44,531 nt of DNA. Origin: a virus. Shown here piece by piece: positions 1 through 8,333 of the stretch. Position numbers and translations under genes: made by a program. The stretch lies in IMG/VR virus record IMGVR_UViG_3300031418_000028; one strand, written 5' to 3'. The notes beneath the pieces are model-generated. The model was not told the DNA's origin. It worked only from the letters and a program-made list of their open reading frames with translations, and did no database searches. How positions within the stretch are numbered: the stretch's first letter is position 1; each line of letters starts with the position of its first letter.

Positions 1-127
1 CATTGGTGATACGTATGTACCGGCTGTCGCACGCCGCATTCTGGTAGTAGGGGACTTGCACGAACCCTATACGCACCAAGACGCGTATGCCTTCTTGAAG
101 CACATGCGAGACACATACAACCCTGAC
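1..127. repeat. Exact copy of 44405-44531 (127-bp terminal overlap of a circular or terminally redundant assembly)
   Basis: The same 127 nt (cattggtgatacgtatgtaccggctgtcgc...gacacatacaaccctgac) is read at both window ends. The unique genome is therefore 44404 bp. Confidence 0.95.
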
Positions 128-727
128 ATTGTTATCCAGATTGGGGATGAAACGGATGGTCATGCAATCAGCTTCCATGATAGTGATGTAAATCTGGACA
201 GCGCGGGGATTGAGCTTGAGAAAGCAAAGTTGGGTTTAGAAAAGATGCACGAGCTGTTTCCTAACCTGCTTGTTTGTGATTCCAATCATGGTAGCCTCAT
301 CTACCGTAGGGCTAAGGCTCACGGACTACCTGTGCAGTTCATTAAGAAGTACCGCGATATCTTGTTCCCGGAACATGGTTCCCCCGGCTGGAGCTGGTCA
401 GATGCGTGGGACATTACAACGCCGACTGGCGTTGTTCGATTCCAGCATCAAGTTGCAGGTGACCTACTACTGAATGCAGCGCATGAGCGCAAGAGCATGG
501 TGATTGGGCACTTCCACGGTAAATTCGATATCAACTACGCAGCCAGTAGCACAGCACTGTACTTCGGTGCGCACTGTGGCTGTCTCATTGATAACAAAAG
601 CCTAGCCTTCGCTTATGGTAAGCTCTCTCGAAGCAAGCCTATTCTAGGCGTGATGACCATTACGGAAGGGTGCCCAGCACTTGTACCGATGTTAATGAAT
701 GATTCAGGGCGGTGGGTGCACGCATGA
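1..727 (+). CDS. Calcineurin-like metallophosphoesterase, C-terminal part (continues in frame from 44157-44404; about 324 aa in total)
   Basis: The frame is open from window position 2. Motifs present: VVGDLHEPY (GDxH), IGDETDGH (GDxxD), DSNHG (GNH-like) and GHFHG. The TTG at 56 in the ORF track is internal, not the start. Confidence 0.85.
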   Translation, partial: IGDTYVPAVARRILVVGDLHEPYTHQDAYAFLKHMRDTYNPDIVIQIGDETDGHAISFHDSDVNLDSAGIELEKAKLGLEKMHELFPNLLVCDSNHGSLIYRRAKAHGLPVQFIKKYRDILFPEHGSPGWSWSDAWDITTPTGVVRFQHQVAGDLLLNAAHERKSMVIGHFHGKFDINYAASSTALYFGAHCGCLIDNKSLAFAYGKLSRSKPILGVMTITEGCPALVPMLMNDSGRWVHA

Positions 728-1209
728 TTAAAGATATCGTAATTCTAGACCTCGACGGTACACTGGCAGACGGGCGTCACCGTCTGCACCTCCTGCCAAA
801 GAAGGACTATAATCTCACGGCGTCTTGGACCGAGTTCAACCTCGCTGCGATTGATGATACCCCATTCACTGACAACATCACGCTGGGTAACACCCTGTAC
901 GATGCGGGGTACATTGTGATTGTGCTGACCGGGCGCAGTGACATAGCTCGTGAGATTACCGAGGACTGGCTGGAGAAGCACGGGGTTAAGTACCACTCCC
1001 TGATTATGCGCAGTCAGTCGGACAACCGCAAGGATACGCAGATTAAGGAAGAGTATCTACGCAAGATTGGCGTGGAGCGCATCCTGTGCGCCTTCGACGA
1101 CTTACCACATGTAGCTTATCACTTCCGAGCTATGGGTATCACGTGTCACTTAGTGACGCACTATGAAGAATTACGAACCGATTTAATCTCACACGGGGAT
1201 GATAAATGA
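724..1209 (+). CDS. HAD-superfamily phosphatase resembling the 3-prime-phosphatase domain of T4 polynucleotide kinase/phosphatase, with no kinase domain
   Basis: The ATG at 724 overlaps the upstream stop (ATGA). DLDGTLADGRHR is the DxDGT motif I. VLTGR, RKDTQIKEEY and FDDLPHV parallel T4 Pnkp VVSGR, RKDDVVKEE and IDDRTQV. Confidence 0.75.
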   Translation: MIKDIVILDLDGTLADGRHRLHLLPKKDYNLTASWTEFNLAAIDDTPFTDNITLGNTLYDAGYIVIVLTGRSDIAREITEDWLEKHGVKYHSLIMRSQSDNRKDTQIKEEYLRKIGVERILCAFDDLPHVAYHFRAMGITCHLVTHYEELRTDLISHGDDK

Positions 1210-1805
1210 GCAAGCCAGTATTTCAATTTAAAGAAGGCGACCGGGTACAAGACACTCTTGCAGACCACGGCTTAGGTACTGTAGTGCGGGTGAAAGAACA
1301 CCCCAGTAAGTACCCGGTTATCGTGCTGTTCGATTCAGGCTCTGAACGTTCTAGGGGCTTTCATGAACTGAGATTTGTAGCCTCCCCGGAGGAGCCTGTA
1401 CCTAACCCAGTGAACATGCAGCAACGGTCGGAGTACTACGCAGAACCATTCCCCGGCGGTGACACTGCACTCACAGCAGTTATTGACACCACCACCAATC
1501 CAGAACAGAAGGATATGAAATATGATGCCGGTAAGCCTCGCATGGACCTACTCCTATCTGGTTGTCCTATGGCACTGGAAGCTGTCGCGAGCATTCTCAC
1601 GTTTGGTGCTAAGAAGTACGCAGCTCACAGTTGGCAGTCTGTCGAGCGCGGAGAAGAACGTTATCTTGCAGCGTTGCTCCGTCATCTGACAGCGCACGCT
1701 AAGGGTGAGTTGAATGACCCGGAATCGGGTATGCCACACTTGGCACATGCCGCATGTAATGCCATGTTTATTCTTGAATTGGAGCAGCGCAATGCTAACC
1801 TTTGA
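1206..1805 (+). CDS. Putative dNTP pyrophosphohydrolase (DUF5664 / dATP-dGTP diphosphohydrolase-like helical domain) with a roughly 95-aa N-terminal extension
   Basis: ATGA overlap with the upstream gene. The C-terminal half carries KYDAGKPRMDLL...FGAKKY...SW...RHLTAHAKGELNDPESGMPHLAHAACNAMF, a pattern I recognise from phage DUF5664-type proteins. Confidence 0.6.
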   Translation: MSKPVFQFKEGDRVQDTLADHGLGTVVRVKEHPSKYPVIVLFDSGSERSRGFHELRFVASPEEPVPNPVNMQQRSEYYAEPFPGGDTALTAVIDTTTNPEQKDMKYDAGKPRMDLLLSGCPMALEAVASILTFGAKKYAAHSWQSVERGEERYLAALLRHLTAHAKGELNDPESGMPHLAHAACNAMFILELEQRNANL

Positions 1806-1971
1806 GGCTGATAACAAGCCCGATTACGTAGCAGAGATTCAGGCGTTAGTGTCTGAAGGGAAGTACACGGAGGCGCGTGAGCGCCTTCGGCAGTTAGACA
1901 ACCCAGTAGTTAACACAAACATTGAAGCAGTACGCAGAGCAGTGGGTATTAACACCGGCATTTACCTGTGA
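1792..1971 (+). CDS. Hypothetical protein (59 aa)
   Basis: An in-frame ATG with ggag about 9 nt upstream. It overlaps the preceding gene's end by 14 nt. Confidence 0.5.
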   Translation: MLTFEADNKPDYVAEIQALVSEGKYTEARERLRQLDNPVVNTNIEAVRRAVGINTGIYL

Positions 1972-1977
1972 GGAATC

Positions 1978-4422
1978 ATGGACTTAGAGCAGCGTCAGAT
2001 TAAGTTAGAGCAAGAGTACAGCACGCAGGGTGTGCTGGATGCATTTGCGCACTGGGAGAAAGAGCGCGATGCGGGACGCATGGCGGACACGCACATCGGA
2101 CGTACTTTAACTATTCGCCTGTACAAGCTGGTGCAGACCGAATTGGAAACAATCTGTACTGCTGGTACTCGTGGCGTTGGTGGTAAGTACCGCAACTTAA
2201 TCAAGGACGTGGGGTATGACCGCGCAGCTGTGGTCGCTATCCGCACCATCCTGCGACTGATTACCATGAAGCTGCGTGCTGACCGCACTGCACCTATCGT
2301 GCAGGATTTTGTCAGTGCTGCCGGTGAAATCATGAACATGGAGTACATGCACTTCTGCCTGCGTACCGCAGCGCCGGGGTACATGGCGCGTGTTGACCAG
2401 TACATGCAGGACAATAACACACGCTCAATCAATCACCGTAAGCGTACGCTGGTTGCCAGTGCCAATCGCATTGAAGGCGTAGAGCCTGACGACGTGCGTT
2501 GGGGCGTATCCGAGCAGAACGGCGTAGGCGGTATTCTACTGACTGCTATCCTGAATGCCGGTATTGCAGAGGCGCGTCACCTGCCTAAGAGTGGTGGACA
2601 GAGCTGGGTTGCTCTGTACCCAACGCCTGAAGTTGAGGCTAAGCTGCAAGAGCTGCTTCATAACATGCGTGCATTCATGAAGCAGCCACCAATGCTTGTC
2701 ACTCCTAAAGCACACACCCGCGATACATTATTCGGCAATGCATCGTACCTGACAGAGGAATTAGCTGCCTCTGCCCGTACTATCCACCTGCGTACCCGTA
2801 ACCGGCGCGACCTGAAAGATTGGATTCGTGCTAATATCTCGGACAGAGTATTACGTGCCGCTAATAAGGCGCAGAGTCAGCCATACCGTATCAACAAAGA
2901 ATTGGTGGGTATGCTGCGTGATATCTACAGCTCTGGTGTGTACAACGGTATCGCTGGTATCCCCAGCAACACCCCTATTACACCGCCGCCATACCCAATG
3001 TCAGAGGGTTGGGACAAGGAAGACCCGGAGTGTATTGAAGTGCATTCCGCATGGAAAGCTCTGGCTAAGGATGCGTACCGTGCCGAAGTTCAGCGCAAGG
3101 GGCATGTGCTCCAGTTCTCACTTATCACGAAGTATCTCAACACGTTCGGCGATGATACCCTGTACTTCCCCACGTACTTCGACTGGCGGGGCCGTTTGTA
3201 CTTCCGCTCCAGCATTAACCCGCAGGGCGCTGATTTCGTTAAGGCTGCTCTGGAGTTTGCGGATAAGAAGCCACTGGGCAAGCGCGGTCTGTACTGGCTC
3301 AAGGCCCATGTAGCCACTTGTTATGGATTCGACAAAGCGAACTTCGACACTCGCGCTGTGTGGACAGATACCCACATGGACCTCATCAGAGACGCTGTAA
3401 CGCACCACGTTGACTCCGAGTTCTTCCGGGGTGCAGATGCACACTGGTGCTTCTACGTCGCCGCTAAGGAGCTTGTACAGGCCTTAGATTCGGGTTCCCC
3501 AGAGACTTGGGAAACAGGTATTGCAGTAGCTATGGATGCAACATGCTCTGGTCTGCAACACTTGTCAGCTGTAATGCGTGACCCAATCGGAGGTATGTTC
3601 ACTAACCTGATGCCTAACAACGGTGTCGAGAAGGAGGATATCTACGCCGGTGTAGCGGCGCTTGCTGTCGTGAACATCCAAAAGGATAAGGAGAACCCAG
3701 AGCAGGCGCTGTTCTGGACTACGCACGGCATCCCGCGTAGCATGGCGAAGCGTCCGGTGATGACGTACACTTACGGCGGTACGCTCATGAGTTGCACAGA
3801 GTACGTGTACGTTGACATGCAGGACCGGGCACTACCGGGTATCGACAACTACAGCCCGTTCAAACTCGCTGCGTATGCCTCCAAGCATCTGCGTAAGGGT
3901 GTTGAGCAGACTGTACCTGCATCAGCCGAGTGTATGCGCTTCCTGCGCGATATAGCAAGTCGGATGCCGGTTACAGAGCCTCTGCGCTGGATTACACCTG
4001 CTGGATTCCCGGTAGTGCAGCACTACGCAGAAGAGACCTCCAGCGTCATCCGTCTGGATGCGTTGGGCATCACTGTAACTATGCGCCGCTTCGATGAGAG
4101 CCGGTTGCAGCGTAGCAAGTGTGTTAACGGTATCTCTCCGAACTTCACGCACGGGTTGGACTCCAGTCACCTCACTACGGTTATTGATGAGTCCGAGAGC
4201 AGTATCCTGCCAATTCATGATTCCTTTGGTACGTACCCAAGTGATGTGGATGCTATGCACGTAGTGCTTCGCAGGACGTTCTGTGACATGTATACCCAGC
4301 ACACACCATTGCAGAGTCTGGTGCAGTACGCCCAACCGTTCATTGAGGAAGAGATTGAGCTGCCAGCGGTCGGTAAGCTTGACATCTCTAAGGTGAAAGA
4401 CAGTCTATTCTTCATGTGTTAA
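1978..4422 (+). CDS. T7-type single-subunit DNA-dependent RNA polymerase (814 aa)
   Basis: MDATCSGLQH matches T7 DGSCSGIQH. RSMAKRPVMTYTYGGT matches T7 RSVTKRSVMTLAYGS. PIHDSFGT matches T7 HDSFGT. An SD gaggaa lies upstream. Confidence 0.97.
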   Translation: MDLEQRQIKLEQEYSTQGVLDAFAHWEKERDAGRMADTHIGRTLTIRLYKLVQTELETICTAGTRGVGGKYRNLIKDVGYDRAAVVAIRTILRLITMKLRADRTAPIVQDFVSAAGEIMNMEYMHFCLRTAAPGYMARVDQYMQDNNTRSINHRKRTLVASANRIEGVEPDDVRWGVSEQNGVGGILLTAILNAGIAEARHLPKSGGQSWVALYPTPEVEAKLQELLHNMRAFMKQPPMLVTPKAHTRDTLFGNASYLTEELAASARTIHLRTRNRRDLKDWIRANISDRVLRAANKAQSQPYRINKELVGMLRDIYSSGVYNGIAGIPSNTPITPPPYPMSEGWDKEDPECIEVHSAWKALAKDAYRAEVQRKGHVLQFSLITKYLNTFGDDTLYFPTYFDWRGRLYFRSSINPQGADFVKAALEFADKKPLGKRGLYWLKAHVATCYGFDKANFDTRAVWTDTHMDLIRDAVTHHVDSEFFRGADAHWCFYVAAKELVQALDSGSPETWETGIAVAMDATCSGLQHLSAVMRDPIGGMFTNLMPNNGVEKEDIYAGVAALAVVNIQKDKENPEQALFWTTHGIPRSMAKRPVMTYTYGGTLMSCTEYVYVDMQDRALPGIDNYSPFKLAAYASKHLRKGVEQTVPASAECMRFLRDIASRMPVTEPLRWITPAGFPVVQHYAEETSSVIRLDALGITVTMRRFDESRLQRSKCVNGISPNFTHGLDSSHLTTVIDESESSILPIHDSFGTYPSDVDAMHVVLRRTFCDMYTQHTPLQSLVQYAQPFIEEEIELPAVGKLDISKVKDSLFFMC

Positions 4423-4447
4423 TTAGAAGCAGACTTAACAGGGAGAG
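4419..4447 (+). promoter_or_regulatory. Candidate phage-RNAP promoter (copy 1 of a 25-nt exact repeat), with predicted start in GGGAGA
   Basis: ttaattagaagcagacttaacaggg at 4419-4443 is identical to 38633-38657. It is followed by gggagag, like the T7 +1 GGGAGA. It is intergenic, between the RNAP gene and the late genes. Confidence 0.6.
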
Positions 4448-4452
4448 AAGTA

Positions 4453-4719
4453 ATGTCTGCACTAGATGCGGTTACACTCTCCTTAGTACGACAAACCAAA
4501 GAGGTGAAGTACGATATGAGTAAGACGTCAAGAGTTTACTTTTCAGCAGAGCAAGTACAGTACTTACAGAAGACATTCAGTGAGTACTGCGGGACAGGCC
4601 AGTCCTATGCTGAGTTACAGTACCGGGCAGGCCAACGCTCGGTAGTGGAACACATACAACGAATTGCTAACGTAGAGGTGCGTCATGTGCAAAGAGAAAC
4701 TGCACCAGTTGCTAGATGA
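4453..4719 (+). CDS. Hypothetical protein (88 aa)
   Basis: ATG preceded by gggagagaag. First ORF after the candidate promoter. Confidence 0.6.
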   Translation: MSALDAVTLSLVRQTKEVKYDMSKTSRVYFSAEQVQYLQKTFSEYCGTGQSYAELQYRAGQRSVVEHIQRIANVEVRHVQRETAPVAR

Positions 4720-5158
4720 TAGGCTAGCAATCTGCCCAGACAGCCCATCCCACCTAGTGTGGAGAACAGGTAAGTTCACAGGTAAGCCAGCCCTAACATC
4801 CAAGGATGCGGGTGGCTACTTAGTTGGTAAAATTGGTAACAAACATTTCAAAGCACATCGCGCAGTATTCTATCTAGCACAGGGTTTCCTGCCCGAAGCC
4901 GTGGACCATGTGGATGGTGATAGGACGAACAACAACCCAGATAATCTGAGGGCTGCTGATGTTCTGGTGAACCGTCATAATCGTATTTCTAAGGGGTACT
5001 CTTGGAACAAGGCTGACCAATGCTATATAGCATACATATCGACCAACGGCATACGTAGACACTTGGGTTGCTTCAGTAATGAAGACGAGGCTCGTGCGGC
5101 ACACTTAGCCGCGAAACGTACCGAGCACCCAACCGCACCGGAGCGCTGCTATGGTTAA
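4685..5158 (+). CDS. Free-standing HNH homing endonuclease with an AP2-like DNA-binding C-terminal domain
   Basis: VDHVDGDRTNNNPDNLR is an HNH_3-type motif. An AP2-like segment GYSWNKADQCYIAYISTNGIRRHLGCFSNEDEARAAH follows. It is a paralog of 34265-34747. Confidence 0.85.
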   Translation: MCKEKLHQLLDDRLAICPDSPSHLVWRTGKFTGKPALTSKDAGGYLVGKIGNKHFKAHRAVFYLAQGFLPEAVDHVDGDRTNNNPDNLRAADVLVNRHNRISKGYSWNKADQCYIAYISTNGIRRHLGCFSNEDEARAAHLAAKRTEHPTAPERCYG

Positions 5159-5549
5159 CGTGAGATTCTACCCCAGAGGGGATAGGGATTTACTGCTGAC
5201 ACTAGCCAGTCAGCACTGGGACCTCTGTGAGTACAGCCAAGCAGAATTCAGTAAGTTAGAGTACTTGAGAGTGTTCGATACCGAGCTTAGTTTACTCCCA
5301 ATGTACGTAGCCTTTCATGAGGATAAACCGTGTGGTATTGTAATCCTGTCTGAGCCTACTGTGGATATCCACATGAGCGGACTAGGTGTACACATCATGG
5401 GAACACTATCACTCAGGCAGAATACAGTGAGGTACCTATTCCGGGCAGTACGAGACGGCTTAGGGGGTTTGGGGGTGAAGGTCTTGTGGTTCTCAGTACC
5501 TAAGCGAAGTAACCAGAACACAGTAACTATCAAGTACAGGAGATTATAA
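5151..5549 (+). CDS. Hypothetical protein (132 aa)
   Basis: ORF with ATG overlapping the HNH gene's end. No motif recognised. Confidence 0.55.
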   Translation: MVNVRFYPRGDRDLLLTLASQHWDLCEYSQAEFSKLEYLRVFDTELSLLPMYVAFHEDKPCGIVILSEPTVDIHMSGLGVHIMGTLSLRQNTVRYLFRAVRDGLGGLGVKVLWFSVPKRSNQNTVTIKYRRL

Positions 5550-5550
5550 T

Positions 5551-5880
5551 ATGGGCGGAATAGTCAAGAAGGCTATGAAGAAGCTTGTCGGAGTGGAGAA
5601 AATCTTCGGGACCGACAAACTAACAGGCGGTATCTATGACAAGTATTTAGGTACAGATATTTTAGGTGCAAAGGAAGCTCAGGCCAAGGCCAAGGCTGAA
5701 GAGGCACAGCGAAACCAAGAGACATTAAATGCTCAGCTTAACTCCAATATCATTGGGGTAGCGGGTACAGAAAACGTAACACAAGTGGAGGCTGGTGGTT
5801 CAGCGATTGATGCTGCCGCAGCAACTTCGGATATGCGTAAGAAACGTAGCGCTAATATCTCGACGTCACTGGGGTTGTAA
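5551..5880 (+). CDS. Hypothetical protein (109 aa), immediately upstream of the portal gene
   Basis: SD caggag upstream of the ATG. Lys/Ala/Gln-rich, probably helical. Confidence 0.6.
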   Translation: MGGIVKKAMKKLVGVEKIFGTDKLTGGIYDKYLGTDILGAKEAQAKAKAEEAQRNQETLNAQLNSNIIGVAGTENVTQVEAGGSAIDAAAATSDMRKKRSANISTSLGL

Positions 5881-5881
5881 T

Positions 5882-7417
5882 ATGGATTATAACCGGTCGA
5901 GTACTAACTACGAGAATCTGTACACTCGGTACAAAGATGACTCCGCAGTGTTAAAGACCGAATCGTATGCTCACTGGACTATCCCCTCTGTGTTTGCAGA
6001 CCCTGAGCTACGTGATGGCAAGAGAGTATCTGTCCGTAAGGACTATCAGAGTGTAGGTGCACTGTATGTGAACAGCCTGTCTGCTAAACTAGCAAGACTC
6101 CTGTTCCCGTCTAACCAACCATTCTTTAGAATTGATAGCACCGGTAGTATGGCTCAGTTAGCTGAGGCCATGGGTGCGCAGGAAGCAGACCTAGCTAGTG
6201 GATTATCCGAACTGGAGAACACTGCGTATCGGCGTGTGTTCTTAAAAAGTTCATACCACCAACTAGTTCATGCTATGAAGCTACTGATTATCACCGGCAA
6301 CGTGCTACTGTACCGGGATTCAGACTCTGGTAACATGAACGCTTTCAGTATCCGGCAGTACGCTCTCACCCGAGACGGTGGTGGTAAGGTACTGGATATC
6401 GTGCTGAAGGAACGTACTGTGATTCAGGAGCTGCCTCTGGAAGTGCGGCATCTGTTCCGTGGACGCAAGGCTGATGATGCAATCTACATCTACACCCGTA
6501 TCCAGCGCCAGAAGCGCGAAGCTACTGATGTATTCGTAGTGACCCAGCAGTTAGAGGGTGGTATCATGCTCGACAACCGAGCTGTATACCCAGAGGCAAT
6601 CTGCCCGTACATTCCAGCCGTGTGGAACTTAGTAACCGGTGAGAACTACGGACGCGGCCTTGTTGAGGACTATGCTGGCGACCTTGCCAAACTGAGTGCA
6701 TTATCCGAAGCACTGTCCCTGTATGAGATTGAGTCTTGCCGTGTACTGCACCTCGCTAAACCCGGTTCACAAATTGATGTGGACAGCATGGCCTCAGAAG
6801 AGTCCGGCGCGTGGGTTGCAGGCGACCCCGGTCAAGTATCAGCGTACGAGGCTGGTGATTACAACAAGATTCAGGCGCTAGCGGCTGAGGTTGCTAACAT
6901 CGGTGGTCGGTTAGCCCCGGCATTCATGTACTCGCAGAACCAGCGAGATGCTGAACGTGTCACTGCTGAGGAGATTCGGCAGAATGCTGAGGAGGCTGAG
7001 TCCTCACTGGGTGGTGTGTACAGCGTGATTGCAGACACCCTGCATATCCCGATGGCACACATTCTGTGCTGGGAAGTGAATCCTAAGTTTGTTGGTGAGG
7101 TAGTTAAGCGTGGTCTAACCCTGAGCGTGTTAACCGGCGTTGCGGCATTGAGTCGCAGTGCAGATGTGACAGCGTTACTCCAAGCTGCGCAGGCGCTCGG
7201 TGTAATCCTGCCAGTTATACAGGCGAACCCGCGTATCGACCCGGACAAGGTTACGGACATGGTGCTACAAGGCTTTGGTCTGAACACCAAAGAACTGTAC
7301 CGCACAGAAGAGCAGCTCAAAGCATTACAGGCACAGCAACAACCCCTTTCACCTAATGCAGCAGACCCTAGCTTAGCTGGTGTTTCCACTGCAATTGACC
7401 AAGCAGGATTAGCGTAA
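5882..7417 (+). CDS. Portal (head-tail connector) protein, 511 aa
   Basis: The ATG at 5882 follows the upstream TAA by one nt. Size and position before scaffold and capsid match T7 gp8. The track start at 5795 overlaps the upstream gene and is rejected. Confidence 0.8.
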   Translation: MDYNRSSTNYENLYTRYKDDSAVLKTESYAHWTIPSVFADPELRDGKRVSVRKDYQSVGALYVNSLSAKLARLLFPSNQPFFRIDSTGSMAQLAEAMGAQEADLASGLSELENTAYRRVFLKSSYHQLVHAMKLLIITGNVLLYRDSDSGNMNAFSIRQYALTRDGGGKVLDIVLKERTVIQELPLEVRHLFRGRKADDAIYIYTRIQRQKREATDVFVVTQQLEGGIMLDNRAVYPEAICPYIPAVWNLVTGENYGRGLVEDYAGDLAKLSALSEALSLYEIESCRVLHLAKPGSQIDVDSMASEESGAWVAGDPGQVSAYEAGDYNKIQALAAEVANIGGRLAPAFMYSQNQRDAERVTAEEIRQNAEEAESSLGGVYSVIADTLHIPMAHILCWEVNPKFVGEVVKRGLTLSVLTGVAALSRSADVTALLQAAQALGVILPVIQANPRIDPDKVTDMVLQGFGLNTKELYRTEEQLKALQAQQQPLSPNAADPSLAGVSTAIDQAGLA

Positions 7418-8298
7418 TGAATGATACTACCAACCAGAACCCGAACACACTTGCACCGGTACAGTCCGGTCAGAATGCTTTCGGCAATCCGAACCCCGGC
7501 GTGCAAGTAACACCACAGACCCCATCTGAAACACTAGACGGGCACGGTAGCAAACTGGACCAGATTCTTGCTGCACTCCAAAAGGGTGACGGCAAAGCAG
7601 CCGGTGATGTTGTAGATGGTGTGCGCAAGGAACAGGCTGTTCCCGAGAAGCCAGCCGAGAAGCAACCGGAGACTGTGGCAGCCTCTACTACTGAGACTGC
7701 AAAGGTAGAGTCAACGGGCAATAAAGCACTGGATATTGCTGTCCAGACGTTTGTGTCCATGACTGGTACCACAGAGGCAGATGTATCTAAGGCAATGGAG
7801 CTGGCGTACGCTACCGGCGACGTTAACAAGATTGACACCGCGTTCCTTAAAGAGCGCTACGGTGACAAGGCAGACCAAGCCATCGCACTGGTGCAAGCCG
7901 TGTTCGAGGCTGACGTGTCTGCTAAAGAGAGCTTACTGAAGGATGTGTACAGCACAGCCGGTGGTGAGGAGCAGTTCAAGCGCTGTGTGGATTTGTTCAA
8001 GCAAGGGGCAAAGCCAGCATTGCAAGCTGTAGTTAAAAACATGCTGGACTCAGGAGATGCAGAAGCTGTTCGACAGGCTGCTGCGTTAATTGCTGAGTAT
8101 GGCGATAAGTCTGGTGCCTTTGTGCAGAAGCAGGGCGATAGGCTGAATGCTCAGGCTGGTGTCGTAGCCGGTCAGGGATTGTCACGGGATGAGTTCTTGG
8201 CAGCACGCAGACAACTTAACCCAATGTCACGGTCTTACCGTTCGGACTTCGACAAACTGATTGAATTGCGCCAGTTGGGCAAGGCATCAGGTAAATAA
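7417..8298 (+). CDS. Scaffolding protein (293 aa)
   Basis: TAATG overlap with the portal gene. Ala/Glu/Lys/Gln-rich, helical, low-complexity composition. Located between portal and capsid. Confidence 0.75.
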   Translation: MNDTTNQNPNTLAPVQSGQNAFGNPNPGVQVTPQTPSETLDGHGSKLDQILAALQKGDGKAAGDVVDGVRKEQAVPEKPAEKQPETVAASTTETAKVESTGNKALDIAVQTFVSMTGTTEADVSKAMELAYATGDVNKIDTAFLKERYGDKADQAIALVQAVFEADVSAKESLLKDVYSTAGGEEQFKRCVDLFKQGAKPALQAVVKNMLDSGDAEAVRQAAALIAEYGDKSGAFVQKQGDRLNAQAGVVAGQGLSRDEFLAARRQLNPMSRSYRSDFDKLIELRQLGKASGK

Positions 8299-8333
8299 TC
8301 GTACTTAGTAAATTAATCAATTAGGAGATAATA

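Noticed and set aside
1206-1805. The DUF5664-type pyrophosphohydrolase as a sign of a 2-aminoadenine (Z-base) genome pathway (MazZ-like)
   Set aside because: No PurZ (adenylosuccinate-synthetase-like, GDEGKG motif) or DatZ-type HD triphosphohydrolase is visible anywhere in the 44.4 kb. One enzyme alone does not support a Z-genome.
5795-5881. Upstream start for the portal ORF given in the ORF track
   Set aside because: It would overlap the whole 3-prime end of the 5551-5880 gene in another frame. The ATG at 5882, directly after the upstream TAA, is the natural start.
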